Positions 21,701 through 31,155 of a stretch of 64,000 nt of DNA are shown in pieces. The notes under the pieces were generated by a model that did no database searches, had not been told where the DNA came from, and worked only from the letters and a program-made list of their open reading frames with translations. Every line of letters begins with the position of its first letter. Position 1 is the stretch's first letter. The translations under genes were made by a program, and so were the position numbers. The stretch comes from Bacillus subtilis subsp. subtilis str. 168 (GTDB taxonomy: Bacteria > Bacillota > Bacilli > Bacillales > Bacillaceae). Where the stretch lies: contig NC_000964.3 of assembly GCF_000009045.1 (NCBI RefSeq), positions 372,001 to 436,000 on the forward strand, read 5' to 3'.

Positions 21701-24700
21701 CAGAAACGCTCTGCCGAAGCCTAACGCGGCACAATCCGGAGGCAAGGCCTTGGCCGCACCGGAGACAGCGCTTGAAGAAAGTTTATGCCGCATTTGGCAG
21801 AAAACGCTTGGCATAGAAGCCATCGGCATTGATGACAATTTTTTCGATTTAGGCGGCCATTCATTAAAAGGGATGATGCTGATTGCCAACATTCAGGCGG
21901 AATTGGAGAAAAGCGTACCGCTTAAAGCACTGTTCGAGCAGCCGACAGTTCGCCAGCTGGCGGCTTATATGGAGGCGTCTGCTGTTTCAGGCGGCCATCA
22001 AGTACTCAAACCGGCTGACAAGCAGGATATGTATCCATTGTCATCCGCACAGAAACGAATGTACGTGCTCAATCAGCTTGACCGCCAGACGATAAGCTAC
22101 AACATGCCATCTGTTCTTCTAATGGAAGGAGAGCTTGATATTTCGCGCCTGCGCGACTCACTCAATCAGCTTGTGAACCGTCACGAATCATTGCGGACGT
22201 CATTTATGGAAGCTAATGGTGAGCCTGTTCAGCGCATCATTGAGAAGGCGGAGGTTGATCTTCATGTGTTTGAAGCCAAAGAAGACGAAGCGGACCAAAA
22301 GATTAAGGAATTTATCCGGCCATTCGACTTAAACGACGCACCGCTCATTCGCGCAGCTTTGCTTCGAATAGAAGCGAAAAAACATTTGCTGCTTTTAGAT
22401 ATGCATCATATCATCGCAGACGGCGTCTCAAGAGGCATCTTTGTAAAAGAATTGGCGCTGCTTTACAAAGGAGAGCAGCTTCCGGAGCCGACGCTTCATT
22501 ATAAAGATTTCGCCGTTTGGCAAAATGAAGCTGAGCAAAAAGAACGGATGAAGGAGCATGAGGCGTACTGGATGTCAGTTCTTTCAGGCGAGCTGCCAGA
22601 GCTTGATCTCCCGCTCGATTATGCCCGTCCGCCTGTGCAAAGCTTTAAAGGAGATACGATCCGTTTCCGTACGGGAAGTGAGACGGCAAAGGCGGTAGAA
22701 AAACTGCTTGCCGAAACCGGAACGACCTTGCACATGGTGCTCCATGCTGTTTTCCACGTCTTTTTAAGCAAAATTTCCGGACAGCGGGATATCGTCATCG
22801 GCTCCGTTACTGCCGGCCGGACGAATGCTGATGTTCAGGACATGCCGGGAATGTTCGTCAATACACTTGCCCTGAGAATGGAAGCGAAAGAACAGCAAAC
22901 ATTTGCGGAGCTTTTGGAGCTAGCAAAGCAGACGAACCTGTCAGCCCTTGAGCATCAGGAGTATCCGTTTGAAGATCTGGTTAATCAGCTTGATCTCCCT
23001 CGGGATATGAGCCGAAACCCATTGTTTAATGTGATGGTGACGACAGAAAACCCTGATAAAGAACAGCTTACATTGCAAAATCTGAGCATTTCACCTTATG
23101 AGGCTCATCAGGGAACTTCTAAGTTTGATCTGACACTGGGCGGATTTACTGATGAAAATGGCATTGGCTTGCAGCTCGAATATGCGACAGATCTGTTCGC
23201 AAAAGAAACAGCTGAAAAATGGAGCGAATACGTTCTGCGGCTACTAAAGGCTGTTGCGGATAACCCGAACCAGCCGCTTTCCAGTCTGTTACTGGTCACC
23301 GAGACAGAAAAGCAAGCGCTTCTTGAGGCATGGAAGGGCAAAGCGCTGCCTGTGCCGACAGACAAAACGGTTCATCAGCTATTCGAAGAGACTGTCCAGC
23401 GCCACAAAGACCGCCCGGCTGTCACATACAACGGCCAATCTTGGACGTACGGCGAGCTGAACGCGAAGGCAAACCGCCTCGCCCGGATTCTGATGGACTG
23501 CGGCATCAGCCCGGATGACCGCGTCGGCGTTCTCACGAAGCCGTCGCTTGAAATGTCCGCCGCGGTGCTCGGCGTCTTGAAAGCCGGAGCGGCGTTTGTG
23601 CCGATTGATCCTGACTACCCGGATCAGCGGATTGAGTATATTTTACAGGACAGCGGCGCGAAGCTTCTCTTGAAACAGGAAGGCATTTCAGTGCCGGACA
23701 GCTATACGGGAGATGTCATTCTTCTCGACGGAAGCCGCACGATTCTAAGCCTGCCGCTTGATGAAAACGACGAGGGAAATCCAGAAACCGCTGTAACCGC
23801 GGAGAACTTGGCGTACATGATTTACACGTCTGGAACGACCGGACAGCCGAAGGGTGTCATGGTCGAGCACCATGCGCTTGTGAACCTGTGCTTCTGGCAC
23901 CACGACGCGTTCAGCATGACAGCGGAGGACCGCAGTGCGAAGTACGCGGGCTTCGGGTTCGACGCTTCCATTTGGGAGATGTTCCCGACCTGGACGATCG
24001 GCGCTGAACTTCACGTCATTGATGAAGCGATCCGCCTCGATATCGTCCGCCTGAACGATTATTTTGAAACGAACGGCGTAACGATCACGTTCCTGCCGAC
24101 ACAGCTTGCGGAACAGTTCATGGAGCTTGAGAACACATCACTTCGCGTCCTCTTGACCGGAGGAGACAAGCTGAAGCGGGCAGTGAAAAAGCCGTACACA
24201 CTCGTCAACAACTACGGGCCGACAGAAAATACGGTCGTTGCCACAAGCGCAGAAATCCATCCGGAGGAAGGCTCGCTTTCCATCGGACGGGCCATTGCCA
24301 ATACGAGAGTATACATTCTCGGCGAGGGCAATCAGGTGCAGCCGGAAGGCGTAGCCGGAGAGCTTTGCGTGGCGGGGCGCGGACTGGCACGAGGCTATCT
24401 GAATCGAGAAGACGAAACCGCGAAGCGGTTTGTCGCTGATCCGTTTGTGCCGGGTGAACGCATGTACCGCACCGGCGACTTGGTGAAGTGGGTGAACGGC
24501 GGCATCGAATACATCGGCCGGATCGACCAGCAGGTCAAGGTCCGCGGCTACCGGATCGAGCTCTCAGAAATTGAAGTCCAGCTCGCCCAGCTTTCTGAGG
24601 TGCAGGATGCGGCGGTGACAGCTGTCAAAGATAAAGGCGGCAATACAGCGATCGCGGCGTATGTCACACCGGAAACAGCTGACATAGAAGCACTAAAATC

Positions 24701-26495
24701 AACACTAAAGGAAACCCTGCCGGATTACATGATCCCGGCGTTCTGGGTGACGCTGAACGAGCTTCCGGTTACGGCAAACGGCAAAGTCGACCGCAAAGCC
24801 TTGCCTGAGCCGGACATCGAAGCGGGAAGCGGAGAATACAAAGCGCCGACGACCGACATGGAAGAGCTGCTTGCCGGCATCTGGCAGGACGTGCTTGGAA
24901 TGTCTGAAGTCGGTGTCACCGACAATTTCTTCTCGCTTGGCGGAGATTCCATCAAAGGAATTCAAATGGCGAGCCGCTTGAATCAGCACGGCTGGAAGCT
25001 GGAAATGAAAGATCTCTTCCAGCATCCGACGATCGAAGAGCTCACCCAGTACGTAGAGCGTGCCGAAGGCAAACAGGCAGACCAAGGCCCGGTGGAGGGC
25101 GAAGTCATCCTGACGCCGATCCAGCGCTGGTTCTTTGAAAAGAACTTCACGAACAAGCACCACTGGAACCAATCGGTGATGCTTCACGCCAAAAAGGGCT
25201 TTGATCCTGAACGGGTGGAGAAAACATTGCAGGCGCTGATCGAGCATCATGACGCGCTCCGCATGGTCTACCGCGAGGAAAACGGGGACATCGTTCAGGT
25301 GTATAAACCGATCGGTGAGAGCAAGGTCAGCTTCGAAATCGTGGATCTGTACGGCTCCGATGAAGAGATGCTGAGAAGCCAGATTAAGCTTCTCGCGAAC
25401 AAGCTGCAAAGCAGTCTCGATCTGCGAAACGGGCCGCTTTTAAAGGCGGAGCAATATCGCACAGAAGCTGGGGATCACCTGCTCATTGCTGTACACCATC
25501 TCGTGGTCGACGGTGTGTCATGGCGGATTTTGCTTGAAGACTTTGCTTCAGGCTACATGCAGGCTGAGAAAGAAGAGAGCCTTGTCTTCCCGCAAAAAAC
25601 AAACTCCTTCAAGGATTGGGCGGAAGAACTGGCGGCATTCAGCCAATCAGCGCATCTTTTACAGCAGGCTGAATACTGGTCGCAAATTGCCGCTGAACAG
25701 GTTTCTCCTTTACCTAAGGATTGTGAAACAGAGCAGCGGATCGTCAAGGATACATCATCTGTCCTATGTGAATTAACGGCAGAAGACACTAAGCATCTTT
25801 TAACAGATGTTCATCAGCCATATGGAACTGAAATCAACGATATTCTTCTCAGCGCGCTCGGTTTGACAATGAAAGAATGGACAAAGGGGGCCAAAATTGG
25901 CATTAACCTTGAGGGACACGGCCGGGAGGACATTATCCCGAATGTGAATATCTCCAGAACGGTCGGCTGGTTTACGGCACAATACCCTGTTGTGCTCGAC
26001 ATATCTGACGCAGATGCCTCAGCTGTGATCAAAACAGTCAAAGAAAACCTGCGCCGCATTCCGGACAAAGGTGTTGGCTACGGCATTCTTCGTTATTTCA
26101 CAGAAACAGCGGAAACAAAGGGCTTCACACCGGAGATCAGCTTCAACTATTTGGGCCAATTCGACAGTGAAGTCAAAACCGATTTCTTTGAACCGTCCGC
26201 TTTCGATATGGGGCGCCAAGTAAGCGGAGAATCAGAGGCGCTGTACGCATTAAGCTTCAGCGGCATGATCAGAAACGGCCGGTTTGTGCTTTCCTGCTCC
26301 TACAATGAGAAGGAGTTTGAAAGAGCTACAGTCGAGGAGCAAATGGAACGGTTTAAAGAAAACCTCCTGATGCTAATCCGCCATTGCACGGAAAAAGAAG
26401 ACAAGGAATTCACACCAAGCGACTTCAGCGCCGAAGACCTTGAAATGGACGAGATGGGAGATATCTTTGACATGCTTGAGGAGAATTTAAAATAA
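15744..26495 (+). CDS. srfAB: Surfactin synthetase B: C-A(Val)-T, C-A(Asp)-T, C-A(Leu)-T-E, COM
   Basis: 3583 aa with three modules; A-domain signatures FDAGTFEV (Val), FDLGYTS (Asp), FDASIWEM (Leu). Confidence 0.98.
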   Translation: MSKKSIQKVYALTPMQEGMLYHAMLDPHSSSYFTQLELGIHGAFDLEIFEKSVNELIRSYDILRTVFVHQQLQKPRQVVLAERKTKVHYEDISHADENRQKEHIERYKQDVQRQGFNLAKDILFKVAVFRLAADQLYLVWSNHHIMMDGWSMGVLMKSLFQNYEALRAGRTPANGQGKPYSDYIKWLGKQDNEEAESYWSERLAGFEQPSVLPGRLPVKKDEYVNKEYSFTWDETLVARIQQTANLHQVTGPNLFQAVWGIVLSKYNFTDDVIFGTVVSGRPSEINGIETMAGLFINTIPVRVKVERDAAFADIFTAVQQHAVEAERYDYVPLYEIQKRSALDGNLLNHLVAFENYPLDQELENGSMEDRLGFSIKVESAFEQTSFDFNLIVYPGKTWTVKIKYNGAAFDSAFIERTAEHLTRMMEAAVDQPAAFVREYGLVGDEEQRQIVEVFNSTKAELPEGMAVHQVFEEQAKRTPASTAVVYEGTKLTYRELNAAANRLARKLVEHGLQKGETAAIMNDRSVETVVGMLAVLKAGAAYVPLDPALPGDRLRFMAEDSSVRMVLIGNSYTGQAHQLQVPVLTLDIGFEESEAADNLNLPSAPSDLAYIMYTSGSTGKPKGVMIEHKSILRLVKNAGYVPVTEEDRMAQTGAVSFDAGTFEVFGALLNGAALYPVKKETLLDAKQFAAFLREQSITTMWLTSPLFNQLAAKDAGMFGTLRHLIIGGDALVPHIVSKVKQASPSLSLWNGYGPTENTTFSTSFLIDREYGGSIPIGKPIGNSTAYIMDEQQCLQPIGAPGELCVGGIGVARGYVNLPELTEKQFLEDPFRPGERIYRTGDLARWLPDGNIEFLGRIDNQVKVRGFRIELGEIETKLNMAEHVTEAAVIIRKNKADENEICAYFTADREVAVSELRKTLSQSLPDYMVPAHLIQMDSLPLTPNGKINKKELPAPQSEAVQPEYAAPKTESEKKLAEIWEGILGVKAGVTDNFFMIGGHSLKAMMMTAKIQEHFHKEVPIKVLFEKPTIQELALYLEENESKEEQTFEPIRQASYQQHYPVSPAQRRMYILNQLGQANTSYNVPAVLLLEGEVDKDRLENAIQQLINRHEILRTSFDMIDGEVVQTVHKNISFQLEAAKGREEDAEEIIKAFVQPFELNRAPLVRSKLVQLEEKRHLLLIDMHHIITDGSSTGILIGDLAKIYQGADLELPQIHYKDYAVWHKEQTNYQKDEEYWLDVFKGELPILDLPADFERPAERSFAGERVMFGLDKQITAQIKSLMAETDTTMYMFLLAAFNVLLSKYASQDDIIVGSPTAGRTHPDLQGVPGMFVNTVALRTAPAGDKTFAQFLEEVKTASLQAFEHQSYPLEELIEKLPLTRDTSRSPLFSVMFNMQNMEIPSLRLGDLKISSYSMLHHVAKFDLSLEAVEREEDIGLSFDYATALFKDETIRRWSRHFVNIIKAAAANPNVRLSDVDLLSSAETAALLEERHMTQITEATFAALFEKQAQQTPDHSAVKAGGNLLTYRELDEQANQLAHHLRAQGAGNEDIVAIVMDRSAEVMVSILGVMKAGAAFLPIDPDTPEERIRYSLEDSGAKFAVVNERNMTAIGQYEGIIVSLDDGKWRNESKERPSSISGSRNLAYVIYTSGTTGKPKGVQIEHRNLTNYVSWFSEEAGLTENDKTVLLSSYAFDLGYTSMFPVLLGGGELHIVQKETYTAPDEIAHYIKEHGITYIKLTPSLFHTIVNTASFAKDANFESLRLIVLGGEKIIPTDVIAFRKMYGHTEFINHYGPTEATIGAIAGRVDLYEPDAFAKRPTIGRPIANAGALVLNEALKLVPPGASGQLYITGQGLARGYLNRPQLTAERFVENPYSPGSLMYKTGDVVRRLSDGTLAFIGRADDQVKIRGYRIEPKEIETVMLSLSGIQEAVVLAVSEGGLQELCAYYTSDQDIEKAELRYQLSLTLPSHMIPAFFVQVDAIPLTANGKTDRNALPKPNAAQSGGKALAAPETALEESLCRIWQKTLGIEAIGIDDNFFDLGGHSLKGMMLIANIQAELEKSVPLKALFEQPTVRQLAAYMEASAVSGGHQVLKPADKQDMYPLSSAQKRMYVLNQLDRQTISYNMPSVLLMEGELDISRLRDSLNQLVNRHESLRTSFMEANGEPVQRIIEKAEVDLHVFEAKEDEADQKIKEFIRPFDLNDAPLIRAALLRIEAKKHLLLLDMHHIIADGVSRGIFVKELALLYKGEQLPEPTLHYKDFAVWQNEAEQKERMKEHEAYWMSVLSGELPELDLPLDYARPPVQSFKGDTIRFRTGSETAKAVEKLLAETGTTLHMVLHAVFHVFLSKISGQRDIVIGSVTAGRTNADVQDMPGMFVNTLALRMEAKEQQTFAELLELAKQTNLSALEHQEYPFEDLVNQLDLPRDMSRNPLFNVMVTTENPDKEQLTLQNLSISPYEAHQGTSKFDLTLGGFTDENGIGLQLEYATDLFAKETAEKWSEYVLRLLKAVADNPNQPLSSLLLVTETEKQALLEAWKGKALPVPTDKTVHQLFEETVQRHKDRPAVTYNGQSWTYGELNAKANRLARILMDCGISPDDRVGVLTKPSLEMSAAVLGVLKAGAAFVPIDPDYPDQRIEYILQDSGAKLLLKQEGISVPDSYTGDVILLDGSRTILSLPLDENDEGNPETAVTAENLAYMIYTSGTTGQPKGVMVEHHALVNLCFWHHDAFSMTAEDRSAKYAGFGFDASIWEMFPTWTIGAELHVIDEAIRLDIVRLNDYFETNGVTITFLPTQLAEQFMELENTSLRVLLTGGDKLKRAVKKPYTLVNNYGPTENTVVATSAEIHPEEGSLSIGRAIANTRVYILGEGNQVQPEGVAGELCVAGRGLARGYLNREDETAKRFVADPFVPGERMYRTGDLVKWVNGGIEYIGRIDQQVKVRGYRIELSEIEVQLAQLSEVQDAAVTAVKDKGGNTAIAAYVTPETADIEALKSTLKETLPDYMIPAFWVTLNELPVTANGKVDRKALPEPDIEAGSGEYKAPTTDMEELLAGIWQDVLGMSEVGVTDNFFSLGGDSIKGIQMASRLNQHGWKLEMKDLFQHPTIEELTQYVERAEGKQADQGPVEGEVILTPIQRWFFEKNFTNKHHWNQSVMLHAKKGFDPERVEKTLQALIEHHDALRMVYREENGDIVQVYKPIGESKVSFEIVDLYGSDEEMLRSQIKLLANKLQSSLDLRNGPLLKAEQYRTEAGDHLLIAVHHLVVDGVSWRILLEDFASGYMQAEKEESLVFPQKTNSFKDWAEELAAFSQSAHLLQQAEYWSQIAAEQVSPLPKDCETEQRIVKDTSSVLCELTAEDTKHLLTDVHQPYGTEINDILLSALGLTMKEWTKGAKIGINLEGHGREDIIPNVNISRTVGWFTAQYPVVLDISDADASAVIKTVKENLRRIPDKGVGYGILRYFTETAETKGFTPEISFNYLGQFDSEVKTDFFEPSAFDMGRQVSGESEALYALSFSGMIRNGRFVLSCSYNEKEFERATVEEQMERFKENLLMLIRHCTEKEDKEFTPSDFSAEDLEMDEMGDIFDMLEENLK
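18880..19020 (+). CDS. comS: ComS, 46-aa anti-adaptor of MecA/ClpCP, overprinted in the +1 frame of srfAB
   Basis: TTG start with SD AAGGAGG (18864-18870); MNRSGKHLISSIILYPRPSGECISSISLDKQTQATTSPLYFCWREK, including the IILYPR motif. Confidence 0.97.
   Translation: MNRSGKHLISSIILYPRPSGECISSISLDKQTQATTSPLYFCWREK
23262..25278 (+). repeat. ~2.0-kb direct repeat, copy 2 (srfAB module 6 A-T and start of E)
   Basis: Near-identical to 12498-14514. Confidence 0.95.
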
Positions 26496-26531
26496 AACGC
26501 AAGGGAATTACAGAAGGCGGGAGCGAAACAT

Positions 26532-29500
26532 ATGAGTCAATTTAGCAAGGATCAGGTTCAAGATATGTATTACCTATCGCCGATGCAGGAAGGGATGCTT
26601 TTTCATGCCATCCTGAATCCCGGCCAAAGCTTTTACCTTGAACAAATCACGATGAAAGTAAAAGGCAGCTTGAATATCAAATGTCTTGAAGAAAGCATGA
26701 ATGTGATCATGGACCGGTACGATGTATTTCGTACCGTGTTCATTCACGAAAAAGTAAAAAGGCCTGTCCAAGTCGTATTGAAAAAACGGCAGTTCCATAT
26801 AGAAGAAATCGATCTGACACACTTAACGGGCAGCGAGCAAACAGCCAAAATCAATGAGTACAAAGAACAGGATAAGATCAGGGGTTTTGATTTGACGCGG
26901 GATATTCCGATGCGGGCAGCCATTTTCAAGAAAGCTGAAGAAAGCTTTGAATGGGTGTGGAGCTACCACCACATTATTTTGGACGGATGGTGCTTCGGCA
27001 TCGTCGTACAGGATCTATTTAAGGTATACAATGCTCTGCGCGAACAAAAGCCGTACAGCCTGCCGCCCGTCAAACCGTATAAAGACTACATCAAGTGGCT
27101 TGAAAAGCAGGATAAACAAGCATCACTGCGTTACTGGCGCGAATATTTAGAGGGCTTTGAAGGACAAACGACGTTTGCGGAGCAAAGAAAGAAACAAAAG
27201 GACGGCTATGAGCCGAAAGAGCTGCTCTTTTCACTGTCGGAGGCGGAAACAAAGGCCTTTACCGAGCTTGCAAAATCGCAGCATACCACTTTGAGTACGG
27301 CGCTGCAGGCAGTCTGGAGCGTATTGATCAGCCGCTATCAGCAGTCTGGCGATTTGGCCTTCGGTACAGTTGTTTCAGGGCGTCCCGCGGAAATCAAAGG
27401 CGTTGAACATATGGTCGGGCTGTTTATCAACGTTGTCCCGAGACGTGTGAAGCTGTCTGAGGGTATCACATTTAACGGCTTGCTCAAGCGGCTGCAGGAG
27501 CAATCGCTGCAGTCCGAGCCGCATCAATATGTGCCGCTTTATGACATCCAAAGCCAGGCCGATCAGCCGAAACTGATTGACCACATCATTGTTTTTGAGA
27601 ACTATCCGCTTCAGGATGCGAAAAATGAAGAAAGCAGTGAAAACGGCTTTGATATGGTGGATGTTCATGTTTTTGAGAAGTCGAATTATGATCTCAACCT
27701 GATGGCTTCCCCGGGAGATGAGATGCTGATTAAGCTTGCCTATAATGAGAATGTGTTTGATGAGGCGTTTATCCTGCGCTTGAAATCTCAGCTTCTTACA
27801 GCAATTCAGCAGCTCATCCAGAATCCTGATCAGCCTGTCAGCACGATCAACCTCGTTGACGACAGGGAGAGAGAATTTTTGCTAACCGGCTTAAACCCGC
27901 CGGCTCAAGCTCATGAAACAAAGCCTCTGACGTATTGGTTCAAGGAAGCAGTGAACGCCAATCCGGATGCACCGGCGCTTACGTATTCCGGCCAGACCCT
28001 GTCTTATCGCGAATTAGATGAGGAAGCGAACCGCATTGCACGCCGGCTGCAAAAACACGGTGCGGGCAAAGGCTCTGTTGTAGCGCTGTACACGAAGCGC
28101 TCACTTGAACTGGTGATCGGCATTCTCGGTGTATTAAAGGCGGGAGCAGCCTATCTGCCGGTTGATCCGAAGCTGCCAGAGGACCGAATCTCGTATATGC
28201 TGGCTGACAGTGCGGCAGCCTGTCTTCTGACGCATCAGGAGATGAAAGAACAAGCGGCTGAGCTGCCGTATACAGGCACAACGCTCTTCATTGATGATCA
28301 AACACGGTTTGAAGAACAGGCAAGCGATCCTGCAACCGCGATTGATCCTAATGATCCGGCATATATCATGTACACGTCCGGCACAACCGGAAAGCCAAAG
28401 GGCAATATCACCACTCATGCCAATATTCAAGGATTGGTCAAGCATGTAGACTACATGGCATTTTCTGATCAGGATACGTTCTTGTCTGTTTCGAATTACG
28501 CCTTTGATGCATTTACCTTTGATTTCTATGCTTCTATGCTGAATGCGGCACGGCTCATTATCGCAGATGAACATACGCTGCTTGATACAGAACGGCTCAC
28601 AGATCTGATCCTGCAAGAGAATGTCAATGTCATGTTTGCGACAACCGCACTATTTAATCTTCTCACAGATGCGGGAGAGGATTGGATGAAGGGGCTTCGC
28701 TGTATATTATTCGGCGGAGAGCGCGCGTCAGTGCCTCATGTCAGAAAAGCGCTGCGGATCATGGGGCCGGGCAAGCTGATTAACTGCTACGGGCCGACTG
28801 AGGGAACAGTGTTTGCGACAGCTCACGTCGTGCATGATCTGCCGGATTCCATCTCCTCATTGCCGATCGGAAAGCCGATCAGCAATGCCAGTGTTTATAT
28901 TCTGAATGAGCAAAGCCAGCTCCAGCCATTCGGGGCGGTCGGTGAACTGTGCATCAGCGGAATGGGCGTGTCAAAAGGGTATGTAAATCGTGCTGACCTC
29001 ACGAAGGAAAAGTTTATCGAGAACCCGTTCAAGCCGGGAGAAACGCTTTACCGTACAGGGGATTTAGCGCGCTGGCTGCCGGATGGAACGATTGAATACG
29101 CCGGCCGTATTGACGACCAGGTCAAAATACGCGGACACCGGATTGAGCTTGAAGAAATCGAAAAGCAGCTGCAGGAATACCCAGGTGTGAAAGATGCGGT
29201 CGTTGTGGCGGACCGCCATGAGTCTGGCGATGCATCAATCAATGCCTACCTTGTGAACCGAACGCAGCTTTCAGCTGAAGACGTGAAGGCGCACCTGAAA
29301 AAACAGCTTCCTGCTTACATGGTGCCGCAAACCTTTACCTTCTTGGATGAGCTTCCTTTAACGACGAACGGGAAAGTCAATAAACGGCTGCTCCCAAAAC
29401 CTGATCAGGATCAGCTGGCGGAAGAATGGATTGGACCGCGGAACGAGATGGAAGAAACAATCGCACAAATATGGTCTGAGGTTCTCGGCAGAAAGCAAAT

Positions 29501-30359
29501 TGGCATTCATGACGATTTCTTTGCGCTCGGAGGGCATTCCTTGAAGGCCATGACCGCCGCGTCCCGCATCAAGAAAGAGCTCGGGATTGATCTTCCAGTG
29601 AAGCTTTTGTTTGAAGCGCCGACGATCGCCGGCATTTCAGCGTATTTGAAAAACGGGGGCTCTGATGGCTTGCAGGATGTAACGATAATGAATCAGGATC
29701 AGGAGCAGATCATTTTCGCATTTCCGCCGGTTCTGGGCTATGGCCTTATGTACCAAAATCTGTCCAGCCGCTTGCCGTCATACAAGCTATGCGCCTTTGA
29801 TTTTATTGAGGAGGAAGACCGGCTTGACCGCTATGCGGATTTGATCCAGAAGCTGCAGCCGGAAGGGCCTTTAACATTGTTTGGATATTCAGCGGGATGC
29901 AGCCTGGCGTTTGAAGCTGCGAAAAAGCTTGAGGAACAAGGCCGTATTGTTCAGCGGATCATCATGGTGGATTCCTATAAAAAACAAGGTGTCAGTGATC
30001 TGGACGGACGCACGGTTGAAAGTGATGTCGAAGCGTTGATGAATGTCAATCGGGACAATGAAGCGCTCAACAGCGAAGCCGTCAAACACGGCCTCAAGCA
30101 AAAAACACATGCCTTTTACTCATACTACGTCAACCTGATCAGCACAGGCCAGGTGAAAGCAGATATTGATCTGTTGACTTCCGGCGCTGATTTTGACATG
30201 CCGGAATGGCTTGCATCATGGGAAGAAGCTACAACAGGTGTTTACCGTGTGAAAAGAGGCTTCGGAACACACGCAGAAATGCTGCAGGGCGAAACGCTAG
30301 ATAGGAATGCGGAGATTTTGCTCGAATTTCTTAATACACAAACCGTAACGGTTTCATAA
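26532..30359 (+). CDS. srfAC: Surfactin synthetase C: C-A(Leu)-T-TE
   Basis: 1275 aa; T domain GGHS; thioesterase GYSAG. Confidence 0.98.
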   Translation: MSQFSKDQVQDMYYLSPMQEGMLFHAILNPGQSFYLEQITMKVKGSLNIKCLEESMNVIMDRYDVFRTVFIHEKVKRPVQVVLKKRQFHIEEIDLTHLTGSEQTAKINEYKEQDKIRGFDLTRDIPMRAAIFKKAEESFEWVWSYHHIILDGWCFGIVVQDLFKVYNALREQKPYSLPPVKPYKDYIKWLEKQDKQASLRYWREYLEGFEGQTTFAEQRKKQKDGYEPKELLFSLSEAETKAFTELAKSQHTTLSTALQAVWSVLISRYQQSGDLAFGTVVSGRPAEIKGVEHMVGLFINVVPRRVKLSEGITFNGLLKRLQEQSLQSEPHQYVPLYDIQSQADQPKLIDHIIVFENYPLQDAKNEESSENGFDMVDVHVFEKSNYDLNLMASPGDEMLIKLAYNENVFDEAFILRLKSQLLTAIQQLIQNPDQPVSTINLVDDREREFLLTGLNPPAQAHETKPLTYWFKEAVNANPDAPALTYSGQTLSYRELDEEANRIARRLQKHGAGKGSVVALYTKRSLELVIGILGVLKAGAAYLPVDPKLPEDRISYMLADSAAACLLTHQEMKEQAAELPYTGTTLFIDDQTRFEEQASDPATAIDPNDPAYIMYTSGTTGKPKGNITTHANIQGLVKHVDYMAFSDQDTFLSVSNYAFDAFTFDFYASMLNAARLIIADEHTLLDTERLTDLILQENVNVMFATTALFNLLTDAGEDWMKGLRCILFGGERASVPHVRKALRIMGPGKLINCYGPTEGTVFATAHVVHDLPDSISSLPIGKPISNASVYILNEQSQLQPFGAVGELCISGMGVSKGYVNRADLTKEKFIENPFKPGETLYRTGDLARWLPDGTIEYAGRIDDQVKIRGHRIELEEIEKQLQEYPGVKDAVVVADRHESGDASINAYLVNRTQLSAEDVKAHLKKQLPAYMVPQTFTFLDELPLTTNGKVNKRLLPKPDQDQLAEEWIGPRNEMEETIAQIWSEVLGRKQIGIHDDFFALGGHSLKAMTAASRIKKELGIDLPVKLLFEAPTIAGISAYLKNGGSDGLQDVTIMNQDQEQIIFAFPPVLGYGLMYQNLSSRLPSYKLCAFDFIEEEDRLDRYADLIQKLQPEGPLTLFGYSAGCSLAFEAAKKLEEQGRIVQRIIMVDSYKKQGVSDLDGRTVESDVEALMNVNRDNEALNSEAVKHGLKQKTHAFYSYYVNLISTGQVKADIDLLTSGADFDMPEWLASWEEATTGVYRVKRGFGTHAEMLQGETLDRNAEILLEFLNTQTVTVS

Positions 30360-30387
30360 ATGAAGTGATGAAAGGAGGAGACAGCCA

Positions 30388-31116
30388 ATGAGCCAACTCT
30401 TCAAATCATTTGATGCGTCGGAAAAAACACAGCTCATCTGTTTTCCGTTTGCCGGCGGCTATTCGGCGTCGTTTCGCCCTCTCCATGCTTTTTTGCAGGG
30501 GGAGTGCGAGATGCTCGCTGCCGAGCCGCCGGGACACGGCACGAATCAAACGTCAGCCATTGAGGATCTCGAAGAGCTGACGGATTTGTACAAGCAAGAA
30601 CTGAACCTTCGCCCTGATCGGCCGTTTGTGCTGTTCGGACACAGTATGGGCGGAATGATCACCTTCAGGCTGGCGCAAAAGCTTGAGCGTGAAGGCATCT
30701 TTCCGCAGGCGGTTATCATTTCTGCAATCCAGCCGCCTCATATTCAGCGGAAGAAAGTGTCCCACCTGCCTGATGATCAGTTTCTCGATCATATTATCCA
30801 ATTAGGCGGAATGCCCGCAGAGCTTGTTGAAAATAAGGAGGTCATGTCCTTTTTCCTGCCTTCTTTCCGATCAGATTACCGGGCTCTTGAACAATTTGAG
30901 CTTTACGATCTGGCCCAGATCCAGTCGCCTGTTCATGTCTTTAACGGGCTTGATGATAAAAAATGCATACGAGATGCGGAAGGGTGGAAGAAGTGGGCAA
31001 AAGACATCACATTCCATCAATTTGACGGCGGGCACATGTTCCTGCTGTCACAAACGGAAGAAGTCGCAGAACGGATTTTTGCGATCTTGAATCAGCATCC
31101 GATCATTCAACCGTGA
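30388..31116 (+). CDS. srfAD: Type II (editing) thioesterase
   Basis: FPFAGG, GHSMG and GGHMF motifs. Confidence 0.97.
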
Positions 31117-31118
31117 TC

Positions 31119-31152
31119 AAAAGCGGACAGCTTCGGCTGTTCCGCTTTTTTT
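31119..31152 (+). terminator. srfA operon terminator
   Basis: AAAAGCGGACAGC-TTCG-GCTGTTCCGCTTTTTTT. Confidence 0.9.
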
Positions 31153-31155
31153 GTG

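Noticed and set aside
5747-30110. Many 60-234 aa antisense ORFs inside srfAA/AB/AC
   Set aside because: Expected shadows of long codon-biased genes; they recur in both repeat copies simply because the DNA is duplicated; no SDs or recognisable domains
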